From Tubiluchus corallicola (taxonomy: Eukaryota > Animalia > Priapulida): a stretch of 64,000 bases of DNA. Positions 42,459 to 57,159 of the stretch are shown here, piece after piece. Position 1 is the first letter of the stretch. Every line of letters begins with the position of its first letter. Position numbers and translations under genes: made by a program. Where the stretch lies: contig JAQGDQ010000504.1 of NCBI GenBank assembly GCA_030141605.1, forward strand, positions 1 through 64,000. Direction: 5' to 3'. Under the pieces are notes generated by a model, which did not search any database, was not told the origin of the DNA, and saw only the letters and a list, made by a program, of their open reading frames with translations.

Positions 42459-43433
42459 ACCATTGTAGACTTTATTTACTCTGGAAGGTATTAATATTTT
42501 ATGGTGGACTTGTACACAGGTAATATAGAAAATGAGGCAATATTTGGTCTTCCTGTAACGAGCGTTTTCAAGGACCCATATGTCCAAATTTTGTGAAAAA
42601 CTGCACTAACAACGTCCAGAAAAACTCAATTTGTAGGAAGATTTCATTGGAAGGTTTTATTACAAAGCTGTGTTAAACCTCTGAGTGCTGCATGCTATTT
42701 GTAACATCCATTGTCTTTAAACTGGAGAAATTTCGCAGTTGTTCCAGGCAGTGTCGACACCCGGCGTTCTACTGTATCATACCACGTGTGTAAGAGTTCC
42801 GATAGTCTATTATCATCTGAGAAGCAGTTAGCAAAACTAAGTAGAATGACCGTGCATTATTCATCTTTAGTAGATGGGTCTAAGAATATTTGTTATAGCA
42901 GTTTTTGACTTTTTAAAAAATGTTTTGCTTGGTTTTGCTATGATGCTCTGCTTTTGGTGTTGGTACGGTACGTGTCGTCATCGTCACCATCATCATAAAC
43001 ATGATCCCCATGAGATGTGCTGTGCTGGGTGTGGCATGTTATGTGTGGTGTGTTGTGGGTGTTGTAGTGTACTGAGGTCTGGGTGGTTTTAAGTGATGCA
43101 ATGTAGATAGTAAGGTATTGTGAGATAAGGTGTGATTTCTGTGGATGGGTGGTGCAGTAGGTGTTGTGGTGGTGGTGTGCTACGGGTTTGTGCTGCAGAT
43201 GTTTGTGGTGTGGGTGGTGTGGTGTAATGTGGGTGCTATGGAGTGTTGTTAGTGGCACAATGTAGATGGTGTGATGATGATGTGGTGGTGTAGTGTGGTT
43301 TGTGTGGTATTTATGCTGTGGTGCAGGTGATTTGGTGTTTTTAAGGGTTTTGTCTTGTGAGTGGTGTAGGGTTGGTGTGGTATGGGTTGTTGTAAGTTTA
43401 TGAACAAAATAATTTTTGTGGGTGTGGCTAGAT

Positions 43434-43540
<107 letters not shown>

Positions 43541-44052
43541 TGTTTTGAAGTAATCACAAAAGTTTTATTTTATGTTCAAATATTACCGAAAATCAAAAAC
43601 GTGGCTCTCTTCGTTGACTAAAACGCTGACTAAAAAACGTGCTCAATTCTGATTGGCTGACCTACTAAGTGCATATAACGAAGCCAAGTTTTACAGGCAA
43701 TTCTAAATAAGTGCAACTTTAAATTAAAGGGCAAGCAGAGAAAAATCTTCCGAACATTTCCCCCCTCTTGATAAGTTTTAACAAAACATATCAACAAAAG
43801 TTATTCTAACATTCGGTAATTAAAATTTTCCATTCTGTGCTACATGACGTTTACGTTTAACTACGAAAAACAAAATTCTTGCAAACTTTAGCAAGCAGTA
43901 CGAAAACGAATAATCGCAAAATCATAGTAATAATTTTCTGTGGTGCTGATCATCTGCAGTATTTGTAGAAACTTCACTTTTGATTGTCGGGTTTCTCTTC
44001 CTCAATGAACTCCAGTGGACAAAGTTTGGTGATTGGTCGTGCAAGTTCACTA

Positions 44053-44580
44053 CAGTGGACTCTCGTTACAAGAATCACACGTATAAGAATCAGCTCGATA
44101 TAAGAATCAAAATCGCGTTTCCCGAATTGAATCTGCATTTTCCTAGTGAAAATCCGCTCGTATAAGAATCACCCTTCTTTCGATAGTAGAATCAATTTTG
44201 GCACCAACTCCATTGTCTCTCATTCCCTGCTTACATGGTTCTGCGCAGTGGGCGTGGCGGACACCACAGAGATTTCAAATTTGTTTGTTTTATGACAAAA
44301 ATTATGTGCATTAAAAAAATTTTAAGGCAATTCTGGCATCATGAAATATTTACCCAAGCATGAAATAAAAACATTAGTCTAGGAATTTTTAGGTCCTTTT
44401 TAGGCCAGAAAAACATTATGCTGTTTCATGTCGTTTCTAGCGTAATTTCGGGAAATAAATAATTTTTACGTGCATCAAAATTTTTTAAAGCAATTCTGGG
44501 TCATGCTCGTTATAAGAATCGCTCGTTATAAGAATCACTTTGCCTTCTCCCGAGGTGATTCTTATAACGAGAGTCCACTG
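44053..44580. mobile_element. Tc1/mariner-pogo type MITE nested in the BEL integrase
   Basis: 26-bp TIRs cagtggactctcgttacaagaatcac / gtgattcttataacgagagtccactg with TA on both sides. Confidence 0.9.
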
Positions 44581-44582
44581 TA

Positions 44583-45470
44583 TTGCCAATCTTCAGTTTT
44601 GCAACTCGAGTGTGCCCGTCGCTACCAGGGTAGACTTCTAGTATGCGTCCCATAGGCCACTGTCCTCTAGGTGTATTTGGAGATATCACAAGTACGATGT
44701 CGTTTACTTGAATGTCCTTCTGCACACGATTCCATTTACTGCGTCTGTTGAGTCCTGGAAGCCACTCTCGCATCCATCTTTTCCAAAAGTGACGTATTAA
44801 TTCTTGGACACGCCTCCAACGCTTTCTAGGATTAAAGTCTGTGTTATCCACTGATTCGGGCGCGAATTGTCCACCAACTTGCCCAAATAAAAAATGGTTT
44901 GGCGTCAAGGGAATGTCATCTTTCTCATCTGCTGTTTGGTACGTCAATGGTCTCGAATTTAATAGTGCTTCTGCTCCGGTAAATGCTGTCATGAGTTCTT
45001 CATCCGTGACGTCAGCGTTTCCGAGAATAGCGAATATGGCTCGTTTTGTGGCTTTTACCATTATTTCATAGGCTCCTCCAAAATGTGGTGCTAATGGTGG
45101 GTTAAAATGCCACTTGATACCTTGGTTTGCAGATGTCCGTTGAATCTTCTCTTCATCTAACGTCGCTAATAGACTTTGTAGTTCATTGCTCGCTCCTACG
45201 AAGTTTAAACCGTTGTCAGAAAGCATCTCAGTTGGCAAACCTCTGCGAATGACCATGCGATAAAAGGCGTTTAAGTACGAATCAGTGTCAAGGCCAAAGG
45301 CTATCTCTAAATGCACTGCCTGCGATTTCATACAAGTGAAGAGGCAAGATAGCGTTTCTGTCGACGTTTTCCTCTTCCTTGAACTGTAATAAAAGGTCCA
45401 GCAAAATCCACTGCTGTCCTAGCAAAAGCTCGTAAAGGCAGTTTCACTCTGATCTCTGGAATTGGTGCCA
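44583..45470 (-). pseudogene. BEL/Pao integrase region (frameshifted; C-terminus split by a MITE)
   Basis: AVHLE, RRG.P..SDNG.NFVG, APHFGG, LNSRPL, LTPNHFL, FWKRW..EWL. The tail RPITKLCPLE resumes below 44052. Confidence 0.85.
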
Positions 45471-47651
45471 TCACTTGCGTTGCAGATTGAGCTTTCTGCT
45501 TTTACGACACTTTGCACATTCTTTCTCAAATTTTCTGATTTCTTCCCTGCCAGAAATTATCCAATATCGAGCTGACAGTGAAGCAAGAGTCTGATTCACC
45601 CCTATTGCATGATGAGCTTTTTCATGATGATGTCCAATTATCAACTTGGTCACCCAGTTATTCTTAGGCAGAATGATCGGATGGCGTGCATCGTACGATA
45701 AGTATTCTGCGTGAATGAGACGTCCTTCGCTGCGAATAACTCCATCCTCGTCTAATCTAGCTTGCAGCTTTAATAAATTGCTATTCTTCGGCAACTGTTG
45801 GTTATTCTGGAGTAATTTGTATTCCAGTGAAAAGGCTTCACGTTGCATGTTTCGTACAATGCTTATCTCAATGTCTTGCAATTCGTCTGGCTCTAATTCT
45901 CCAAACTTCTTGTGCAGTTTGGAATCACGACAGTTTTCTAGAAAACGATGTACCCATGCTTGTACTCGAATCAGTCGTAACCAACTGGAAAACCGCTCAG
46001 GTTTTAGACGCCAATTGTCATCCTGGTTTTGTATTGGTCCAGTAATGTAAGTTTCAGCAGTTTCACGATTAGATACATGTCTAATTTTTGTTGGCTTTCT
46101 AAGTTCTGCGTCATCCATTTGCTGAAATTCTATAATTTTAGATGGCCATTCTTGCTCGTTCTTGTGAAGAAATTTCGGTCCGCTCCACCATTTTTCATCA
46201 TTAATAAGTTGATTTGCAGTTTTCCCTCTAGTCGCAGCATCAGCAGCATTCTCTTTTGATGTGACATGCCGCCATTGATGTGGAAATGTTTGACTCTGAA
46301 TTTCGCCTATACGATTAGCGATGAACGGTTTCAGTGTGCGACTTCTACTCCTTATCCACCATAAAACGTTCATACTATCACACCAAAAAATTGCATTTTT
46401 TAGTTCCATGTTTAGTGCACCAGCTATGTGGTCCGTAAGCCTTAGCCCCAGTATTGCAGCCATCATTTCTAGTCGTGGAATACTAATTGCAATCAGAGGG
46501 GTTACACGAGACTTTGCTGCGATGAGTCGACACGATATAATTCCATCAGGATAGGTACAACGTAGATAGCTAAATGCTGCATAGGCTTCTTGCGATGCAT
46601 CTACGAATGTGTGCAGTGTGCATGAATCTGTACCCCCCTCCGTGACCAAACATCTCGGAATATGAATTTCTGGCATCTCGGTCAATTCTGTAAACCACAT
46701 TTTGGCTTTCCATTGCAAGTTTTCGTCAAGCTCGTCGTCCCATCCTAAACCGGCTGTCCACATTTCCTGCATGATAATTTTGCCTCGAATGAGAAATGCT
46801 GTCAGAAATCCCAATGGATCAAATATTGTAGCGCTCTTCCTCAGTATATTACGCTTGGTAAATACGAAATTGTCGATGTCTATGGATTTTGGTTTGAAGG
46901 TGAAAACATCTTCCTTTGCCAGCCACAGTACTCCAAGTGTTTTTATACTCGGAAGAAGTCCTTCATCTAAGTTAATTTCTGATGCTCTCTCCTCTTGTGG
47001 TATCTCGGCTAGCACTACAGGTGAATTTGATAACCATTTACGAGCTCGCATGCCAGCCTTTTCCCAAAGACTGGACAACTGACAGTAGAGCTCTATGCCT
47101 TGTTCATCGTCGATGGCTGAATCCATGCTATCGTCCATACACGTCGAGTAGAGTACGGTTTCTGTAGCCATTGGATACTGCAATTGAAATTTTTCTGCAT
47201 GCTTCCGCGTCACAAATTGTGCAAGAAATGGTGATGCATTTACCCCAAAAACGATCCTTTCGAATTCATATTGGTCAGGCTGTCTGTTTTCGAAATTCCT
47301 CCAGAGAAATCTATGGTAAACCCTGTCCTCAGGAACAATTTTAATCATCAAGTACATCTCTGCAATGTCCGATACCAATGCTACAGGATTTTTACGAAAA
47401 CGAAGCAAGACATCGAATAAGTCTCTCTGCAGCTTTGGTCCGGGACTAATGACATCATTTAGCGAGACTCCATCGCATTCTTCTGACGAATCAAACACCA
47501 TGCGTACTTTTGTTGTCTCTCTATCTGGTCTGATTATTGGAAAATGGGGTAAAAACCATCGTCCGCATTGCTGATCTTCTAATGATGTCACTTGACGTAT
47601 GTAGCCTTTCTTCACATACTGCTGAATATTATCTTCGTATATTTTTGCCAC
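45471..47651 (-). pseudogene. BEL/Pao reverse transcriptase-RNase H region
   Basis: FLPHFPII, KVRMVFD, SLND...GPKLQ, FGVNASPF, CMDD (YxDD site changed to CMDD), IFDPLG, FVDAS, IPRLE. Confidence 0.88.
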
Positions 47652-49989
47652 TTCTGGATTTTTTAGTAGACGTTTTTCGGTGCTTGCTCTGTAGTCTTTT
47701 CAGTGCCTTTTCGTAGCTCAATTTCGCACTAGGCAGCTCAACTGAATTATCTTTCCATGGTATGCAAACCTCATAATGTCCATCCGTCATTTTCATGGAT
47801 TTCTCTACTTTAGCTAAAGCGTTCTCTGCATCAATATCCAGAATGCGGCAACTTGGCATCGTGCCAGCTGAATCTATCTGCCAAAATTGTTGCAACATCT
47901 CATCAAGCCGAATTTCACTAGCCTCAGCCGAAAAATACGTGTGAACGAAATTGGTGCGAACACGATAACTGTCGCAATCATTTGGTTGTCCTATACATGT
48001 CCATCCGAGTGGAGTTAATCTAGCTATTGGCTCCCCTGGCTTTCCACGAACATCTCTGTACGAATAATGTAAATCGGTGTAATCGCTGCCAATCAACATG
48101 TCTACGATGAGGCGACGTCCTAGTTTTGGAAATTCAATAGCTTTCAAATGGTCCCACTTGTGACTGCATTCATTCCAGTTTATTACATTCAAATTTCCTG
48201 TAACTCTTTCAGCCCTTAATGCGCTGAATTTCATGTCCAGCTGGCCGTTGACACTCTGTAGATTAAATGTTACAGGTCTTGTTTCGAAAACTTTTGTTTG
48301 CCCATTTAAAACGCTGATGTTAATCTGCTGAGTCTCACCCTCAAGTCCTAACTCTGCTGCTACATCCGAATTGATGTACGATCTTGTGCTGGCTTCATCT
48401 AATAATGCGTTGATTGTCAATTTACGATTTCCATTTTTCACGATTATTGGTATAGTTCGCAACATAATTTTTTCAACTATCTTGGGATTGCCAGATGTCA
48501 TTGTCACAGCCGAATTTTGTTTGTCAGGTGGTATGGTCGATGTGCTACTGCGATGCGATGAACCATCTTCAGCTGCAGATTTGATTGATGACGGTGTAGA
48601 ACCAACAGCATTGTTGTAGTTCTTGTTGGTCGCGGCTAAATGCGAATTATTTTCTCTAACTTCTTTTGACGAATGTAGAAATCTGTTATGATTGTATTTG
48701 CAGCTGTCTATGCCACAAACTCTGCTACGTGGACAGGTTTGACCTTGGTGATCTGACCCCAGACAGCGATAGCATAAGTTCAACCGCTTTGCAGAATCCC
48801 ATCTTTGTGGAATGCTCATCTTGCGAAACTCATCACACCTCCAAACACCGTGAGGCCCATTGCAAACTTTGCATAATCTTTGTGATTGACTACTTCTGGA
48901 AACTGCAGCTTCTTGGTTATCACCTGTTGTCCCAAAGTACGATCTCGGTTTTAGTTTTGTGTCCAAATTGCTGGCCCCTAAACCATAAACTGTCTCGTGT
49001 GCTATTGTGTAAAACTCTGCCTCGCGAATTATCCATTCTCTTAGCGAAATAACATTTTCTGCCCGACGTTTCTCGAATAGCCAACGCTGGAATTGAGCCA
49101 GCATGCTTTCTGGCATTTTCTTCTTTAATTTTGCGTAAAGTGATCCATTACCTAATTCTTCGTGTCGATCAGCCTCTTGTAAATTTACTACGGTCAAGTC
49201 CAATAAATCTGCGAATTTTTCTATTTCTTTAGCGTGCTCAGTTCGAATTGGCCTAAATCTTTCCAGTTCTTCTAATTGCAGCGCCACCTGTCGCCGACGA
49301 CCGCCATATTTTCTATCTAATCTCTCTTTAGCTGCTTGGTATGCAACTGCCGAATGCCCCAAATTCTCAATGACCTTCAACGCCTCACTGGATAAATACT
49401 GTCTAAGTTGCAAAAGTTTATACTCTGCTGTCGCTGGCGCTGAATCTATACAAGCACAAAACGCTGCTTTCCAATTTTCGTAGCTCTTTTTGTCTCCATT
49501 AAAAACCGGGATGGAAACTCTCTTTAATTGCCTCCACATATCAACACCTATGGAAACGTCCTCATGGTGCACGGTAGCTGCTGTGTTGTACCGATCAGCT
49601 GGGTGATGGCGGGTCCATGATGTGTTGCTAAATTCTCGCTGCTCAGAATCGAAGTGAGCTTCCCTGTATAGTTCAGCTTTTACGTTATAATGTTCAGTAG
49701 CAGACGTTGTAGGGATATCACTCCCGAGAGGTTTTGCAGGTGGCGTAGCCCATGGTGAATGCATGTTGTCAGATTTGATGTTTGCTGACGCCCTTGCTGT
49801 AGCAGTAGATCCGTCTCCATGTTCCAGTTTTAAGGTTTGCAGGTAGGTCTGTGCTTTACTGTATACTGTCGCGTACTCGTCAGACAACTTCTCCAATTCG
49901 TCAATGACCTCGTCTATGCATTCTTCTATTTTTTGACCCCCTGTCTCATCTGCCAGGTAATTTTCCAGTAAATTCTCCACCACTGACAT
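47629..49989 (-). pseudogene. BEL/Pao gag-protease region
   Basis: IPVFNGD (DUF1759-like gag), three Cys-His knuckles (CKVCNGPHGVWRC, CYRCLGSDHQGQTC, CGIDSCKYNHNRFLH) and protease ALLDEAS. An in-frame stop lies upstream at about 50210, and there is a frameshift at about 47690. Confidence 0.85.
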
Positions 49990-50663
49990 TGCTCTACTTT
50001 GCGCCTCGTCTATCTTATCAAATAAATCTAAAATGTTCTGACGTGTTTCCCATTCGTCCTGGTGGACTTCTTGACTGATTAATTGCAGTAGTTTATTTTT
50101 TAACTTCGTAAGTGCAGATTTGGCGCTAGCTTTTTCTGCTTTTAACTCCTGCCGACTAGTGTTGATAATTTTAACGCTACGTACCCTATCGCTCTCCTTT
50201 CCAGCAGATTATTGCTGCTGACTCATGGCTATGGCGACACGATGAAGTCAAATGAAACCCGATACATGTAGTACGACCAATACGATAACGATATTTACTG
50301 CAGACGAGTTTCACAGCATAAATTACCGCAGACGAGTTTCACTGCATAACTACTCTCTGCTACCAGTTGTTTTGAAGTAATGACAAAAGTTTTATTTTAA
50401 ATTCAAATATTACCGAAATGTTTTGAAGTAATCACAAAAGTTTTATTTTATGTTCAAAAATTACCGAAAATCAAAAACGTGGCTCTCTTCGTTGACTAAA
50501 ACGCTGACTAAAAAACGTGCTCAATTCTGATTGGCTGACCTACTAAGTGCATATAACGAAGCCAAGTTTTACAGGCAATTCTAAATAAGTGCAACTTTAA
50601 ATTCAAGGGCAAGCAGAGAAAAATCTTCCGAACAATTACTATTATTATTATTATTTGGCGTCA

Positions 50664-50726
<63 letters not shown>

Positions 50727-50875
50727 GCGGTACAACATTTCGAATTCTCTGTGCCCTTCATCCATTTTCTTGTTACTCTGAAATTTATTTTTATTTATTT
50801 TTTGCCCACTAATTAGTTTTGCAAAAGTTGTTTTTGTAGTTCATCTTCGTCTTGACAATAATTACAATACGCGCA

Positions 50876-53551
50876 ATGAATGTGGGTTGCTTGATAGACT
50901 TACTACTACTGTGTGTCTTGGTTACTCTGCATTGTTCAAGTACAGGCAGTGAAAGAGAAGCTAACCAGGTAACAACACGTATGTTAATGCAAAGAATTGT
51001 TAATTTTAACACTTAGTACTGCTAGTAAATTAAGAAAAATTATCTATTCACAGTTTGCTTGAGGTCACCACACAAAAATTCTTACTTTTAAATGTGTTTA
51101 TTTACGCTCTCTTTTGTAAAATGTAAGTTACGAATGGTCGTAAGGATAATAATACATAAGATAAAAATGTTAGCCAGGACCCACTTAAGCAAGGATTTGG
51201 CTTTTATTTACGCATAAAGATCTGCAACGTTTCAACACGGTTATGGTCTAGTTCAATCAGCAATCCACCTAAATAAAAATACACTGAGCAAAATACAAAA
51301 ATCAACGTTGTGAGAAGCAAACAAGGCAGATACTAAATTATAAACTTATGTATCGTGTGACACAAAGCCAAATGTCTGTTAAAACATTTCTGAAACAATA
51401 AGCTCTAGATGTCTGCTTTTCTTATAAATGATAATTCGTTTTCCTCTAGGCCAGGACAGATGCAACTTGTTGTCCAAGCGGTGGAATGTTCTACAATGGA
51501 CATTGCTATCAGTTTTTTGTAACTCCAAAACTAGACTGGTGGCAAGCTGTGATATGGTGCAAACAGCTTGGTGGAGACTTACCAGCTGTAACGACCCCTG
51601 CTGAACATAACTTTTTGGTTAAGCAAATTATAGCCAGAGGCAAGTTATTTAAATCATTAACAAATTTTACTGTGTTATGTAATTGGCATGGCCAGATTAT
51701 CCTATAAGCTAAAAAGGCTGCAGCCTAGCCCTCCAGGTTTGATAACATCGAATAAAAAATATGTTTTTCACTATGGTTGTGTTGAAATATGTGCTAATTT
51801 GGTTTGCAATAAACAGTAAAATAGTGTTTTTCTTAAAAAATATGTTGATAAAAAAACAAAAAATAACTATTCTAGTCTGTTCTTACTCACATAATTTGCA
51901 ATAAGTTTTCTTCAAGCTATGTAAATGTTGCTAAATCATATCCCGAGTAAGAATCTTCAAGACGGGTGCTATTGAGTTAGTTCGTGGTGCGTTTTAGAGA
52001 GGCCTCATAATTTTATTACCCCAGGGGCCCAAAAGGTCATAATCCAGCTCTAGTGGTAAGCATATTACTGAAGTAATCCAGCAAAACTTAATTTGTCAAG
52101 TTGATCTAAGGGCCTATTTCTTTTTTGCTTACTCATTGAAAACGACACACCAAAAATTAGGCTTCTGTTTCTGCTACAAAACGTTTACCTTTGATAATTG
52201 GTTCTTTGGCATAAGACGTAATCTTGATTTTAATTACAGGACTAGAAAAAACCCAGAAAAGTTGTATTTTCAAAAAATAAAAATTGGATTTTTATTGTTT
52301 TACTAAAATAAACTTTCTGTGTTGTTCTAATTGATAAAGCACTTTTATTATTTTCTAGTTTTTCTCTTATAGGGTTGTATGTTTTATTGCTGTGTCAATC
52401 AGTTTAGTGTTTTTAAACGACGTGTAGTATGTTTGCAGATAGCCTGGAAAAGTGAATCAGTTACTGTTCAGTTTTTTTTACGATGTGTAGCATCTTTTCA
52501 GATAGCCTGGCAAAGTGAAGCAGTTACTGTATAATTTTTATGACAGGTAATATCTTTGCAGATAGCCTGGCAACGCGAAGCAGTTACTGTATTAATATTG
52601 ATACAAAACGCTTTAAATTTTACAAAAGAAATCGAAACTGACCTAGCAGAGTTATTCAGTCTTTCTTAAAATAGAAATCAGTTTGTTTCACCAATTTCGC
52701 CAATTGTAAATTGGCGTCAATAAAACACCATCGTTAACGCGATTTAAATGAAGAGTTTAAATCAAAATGGTGTTTATTTTCCAATCCCACTAAAGACTGA
52801 TCAACTTTCTGGTTCAAAAATTTCTAGAGTTTAGTATCTCTGCCAACACACAAAGGCTTAACTAATAAAAGGGCCAAATTTCTCCACAGTGTCACGTGAG
52901 ATTCACTATCACACGATTTAAACTATTTGAAATATTTAAACTATTTTAGTCAAATATTATTTATTTTAATTCTCTTTACCTTTATACAAAATCCACCTCG
53001 CACTGCCCAATGTGAAAGGCTATCATTTTGGCACTAACAACTTTTTAATTGCTTGCATCAGGACCTACTCCCAACTTCGGAAGTATATGCATGTGAATCG
53101 TACAATAATATACAGGGAAAATTTGTGTTCATGATTGTTTTTACTTACTAAATTCATTATATAACAGTGAAAGAGAGTAGAGAATAAAGAAGTGTTGTGC
53201 TTGAATCATGTGTAATGTGAATGCTAGGTACCCACATGGGTTAGAAGAAACACAACTTCTTTTAGGACTGAAACTGCAACTAATTGTAGATTCTGCTCAA
53301 TAATGAAGCGACCTTGACTTTTCTTAGGAATGAAAGATACCTGGCTTGGTGGGACGGATCAACACATCGAAGGTTACTGGATTTGGATTTCTAATGGTCA
53401 TGAAATTATATACACCAATTTTTCAAGTAGACAGCCTGACAACCATGAAGGTAAAGAAGACTGTTTACACGTGAGATTGCAAAATTACTATTGGAATGAT
53501 TTCAAATGTACAGAAAACTATTCATTTGTTTGTAAATCCATTGCGAACTGA
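50876..53551 (+). CDS. C-type lectin gene B4 (168 aa, QPD/WND motif); coding exons 50876-50968, 51450-51639, 53328-53551
   Basis: Same exon structure as B1-B3 with an open frame. Carries the canonical QPD..WND motif. Confidence 0.88.
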
Positions 53552-54962
53552 TTTGGGGAGTTTTAGAGTTTTAAAAATTTTAGTTAGATTTAATTAACTA
53601 ATTACTTAGATTTACTAGATTTTTAATTAGACTTTAGATTTGCTTATTTGTCCATTTGATTTTTCTAGATATTTACATATTAAAAAACATTAAAACAATA
53701 AGACATTAGCTGATAATTTTTAGCAGATTGTATATTTTGTATAAAGTTTTGTACTTTAAATTGGACTTTACCATTAACTAATGCCATTACGTCACAAAAA
53801 CGCGATTTTTTACATGCACATAACGATAAAAGCTTATGTTCACTTTATTAGCTATCATTCAAGACTTACTTCTGAAAAATTATCTGTTATTTGTAGGAAT
53901 TGTTTCATTGTATAATATAAAATCTTCCTCTGTTTTTGACTTTTCTATTTTAAGAATTTTATCTACTCTTGCATACCCATAGATTGTTTTAGCACTTTGC
54001 TAAACTGTTTGGTGATGGGAAAAACGAATTTTAAAAATAAAAATGCAAAGGCTCATTCAAAAATTTCTCTTATTACCGCCTACAGGCATTTGTCAAAGGA
54101 TGAACAGGAATTTACAATTTAGTATTTGTTTTGTTTACTTGTCACAATGCTGAATATTGTATTTTTTGCACTGTATTTTTATTTAGGTTGCCTGTTGCCT
54201 GAACATGGCTTTAACTATGTCAAAACGTTGCTAAAGTTTTGTCTGAATAAGACAATTGTCTTTGCTTAAGATTATGCTTGCTGACATTTTTATTTTAATT
54301 TACTCTAACACCAAGTCAATGAACATAGCCTTATTTCAAAGTTCGCGAAAAAGTAAAAAGGATTTAGTGATAAAACTGCAGTAAGCACGTATCTAGTAAA
54401 GTTCTCTGCTTGGGTGCTCCTACTTTTCAGTGGCCATTCTTCTTCCAGTGACGTCATTCTTCTTGAAGGAAAGTAGCTCACTGCCAATCTTCATCAAAAG
54501 TATCAGAAGTTTTTACAAAAAACTAGAAACCTAATTTTGTAATATTTTTGCGGGAGCATTAGGTAAGCTGCTGAAGAAGTTTGAATTAGCTTAAGCAGCT
54601 AGTGCTTATGGAAAACCATGGAAGTCACGTGTTCGGTCCAAAATTAGTGTATAAAAGGCAGAGTGTGCAGAAGAAAGTTTGTTAAAGTAACGACACTCGG
54701 ATGCTTGTGAAAATAAACAAAAAATGAATAAAGTAACTAGTCTGAATGAAAAGATGAGTTTTAAAAGAGAAATTATAGCATTTAGAAATTCGGCTAACTA
54801 TAATTACAGGGCCTGTGACGGGGGTTAGCCGGTTTTTTGTTCCGTGGGACAAGAGTTTAGCACATAGCAAAATCAGCTTAAATTTTATATGAACCTGCTT
54901 GGAATACCTAACAGCGTATTCAAACTAGCGGGTTTTCTATTGTGTTTTTTCCTGCACTGAAC

Positions 54963-55465
54963 CAAAGTTTAGGAAAAGGAAGTGACGAAATTCGCCTATT
55001 GTTGCGTATTTCGTTTTTGCGATTAACAGCTACCCTAGCGGTATCAAACAGCGGATGATTGAATAAGCCAAAATCACTTTTGCGTTTTTAATAAAAGAAG
55101 AATGTCTCAAATAAAGGCAATTATTAGTTAAAAAACTAAAAACATTTCATGAAAACGAAAAACAATTGTAGCAATAAGTTTGTATTATGTACTTGCAAAT
55201 GCCTCTTCAGTTTTCTTGTAAGGAAAATTTTATTGTTCTTTCTGAGGATAGAGGCTAGCTGACTGCATGATGGGCTGCCTACTATGTAAAAAAGTAATGC
55301 ATTTTTTATTGATTTTTCTCACCCTCCCTCTCTTAGAGAGAAAGAGAGGAAGGGAGAGAGAGAGAGAAAGAGTGAGCGAGAGGAAGAGACACAGTGAAAG
55401 GGAGAGAGAGAGAGAAACAGAGAGAGGGGGGACACACACACACACGCACACATAGAGAGAGAGAG

Positions 55466-55555
<90 letters not shown>

Positions 55556-57159
55556 TTTGTTGACGGTTCTGCCATTTGTTTCTTGGTCGTTTTACTCCAA
55601 TGCGAGGTAGTGCGAGGTAGCGAATTTACTTGCCATTCAATTAATCTATATAGTTACGCATATATTATATTGTACGTTTGTATATAAATATTTCGCACAC
55701 TCACGCATGCACACAACAAGTAATTGCATACGGTGCCTCATACATAATCATTACAAGTAGTAGAGATGAGTTGGACTGAGCTGCCAGCCTATGGCGTCGT
55801 AACGTCTTGTTACGCCCATGTGCACACAGACTCACATACATGTATGATGTATGCATTATTACATACAAAGATTCTATGAAGCTGAGCCTATATATTTAAC
55901 TATATAAAATGATTTCCCTTAGCACCTAGGCCTGTATAAAAACAATTAATTTAAGCCCATCAATAAATAAATTATTCACCAAGACTTGTCAGTGGATTTA
56001 GCCACAGGTGTTTTATTAGTACATTTTTTACACGTAAACAAACTGTATTTAATGAACACTTATTTTGATGTAAGCCTAACTGCATCTTAAAAGAATAGGC
56101 TAAATATAAGTAATGTCTGCACATGATATATAAAGTGTTATGACACGCCTGCCGATTCTAATTTATCCGCCAGGTTGGCTTCTCACCTGAATTCCGTAGC
56201 TTGATTTTGACCTAGTTAGTTGGTTGTTATAGAGGTGGAAGTAATACCGGCTGCTTAGGATTTTCTGATGTTTCACTTTGTTGTTTTTTGTTCACTGATA
56301 ATAAAAAAGAAGAGTAATGCTGAAAATGCATCTCTGCTTGTTCAACGTAATTTTGTAACCAACTCCAACTCATGACAAAGGCCAATGTATGATTATATGC
56401 TTTTCAAACATCTTTTAACTTGGAATTAACAAAACATGTACATGCTTAAATTAAGTTTTGTTCAGGAAAAATTATTTATTTTTCTGAAAAAAATCGATTT
56501 TTTTCTGTGAAAGGTATTACACATGAAAGTCAGGCCTAATATATCTTCAAGTTATATTTCCTGATAAGAACATATGAAATAGAAATGTTTTTTAGAAAAA
56601 ATATTTCTCCAGAAATAGAATACTACATGAGCCAGGTTTTTGCAAACTTTCTTTATGATTAACTTTCTTAACTTCTTTTGTAAATAAGCATATTAATTTT
56701 CATGAGATATGATTATAGTAGTGGCATTTTAACTACTAATTATTCTTAATGCCTTACGCTTGATTTAAATAATATTCAAAAAGATAACAACTGCTATAAA
56801 TCGCCAAAGAGAGATGTAGCCTTGCAGTCTTTGCTTAGTGTACAAAATACGTAACTTGTAACAAAAGTTACAAAACTGTGTTATAATTAACATTTTATTA
56901 TAATTACCTGGCCGCATCCTTGCGAAATTTAGAAGGATATTTTTATTTGTGTTTTTGCAACTCACTGCTGAGCAAGTCATGAGCGCCTGTAGACTGGCCT
57001 GGCTTTGGTGGTGTCATCAATTCATTCTGCTACAGTACACACAGCTTCCGCTATAGCGTACCTGACAACAACAGTTCGTACTGCTGTGCCGCTAGGGCGA
57101 CACTAACTGCGCGAACTGCTGCGCAGTAGAAATTCCCTACTTTGTTTTTGTATACTTTG
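54963..57159 (-). mobile_element. Non-autonomous P-element-like DNA transposon with a THAP remnant
   Basis: 31-bp imperfect TIRs starting CAAAGT, 7-bp TSD actgaac, empty paralogous sites (e.g. about 32390). A minus-strand exon MTCSAVSCKN... at 56980 resembles a THAP N-terminus and ends at a gtaatt donor. Confidence 0.7.
55334..55555. repeat. (GA)n/(CA)n microsatellite inside the P-like element
   Basis: Visible array. Confidence 0.9.

Larger units (their letters stand above)
43541..50634 (-). mobile_element. Full-length BEL/Pao LTR retrotransposon (frameshifted)
   Basis: 216-bp LTRs (43541-43756 and 50419-50634, TG..CA, 2 differences seen), 5-bp TSD attac, PBS TGGTAGCAGAG (tRNA-iMet type) at about 50355-50365, PPT GAGGGGGGAAA at about 43757-43768, and gag-PR-RT-RH-IN domain order. 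Confidence 0.95.
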
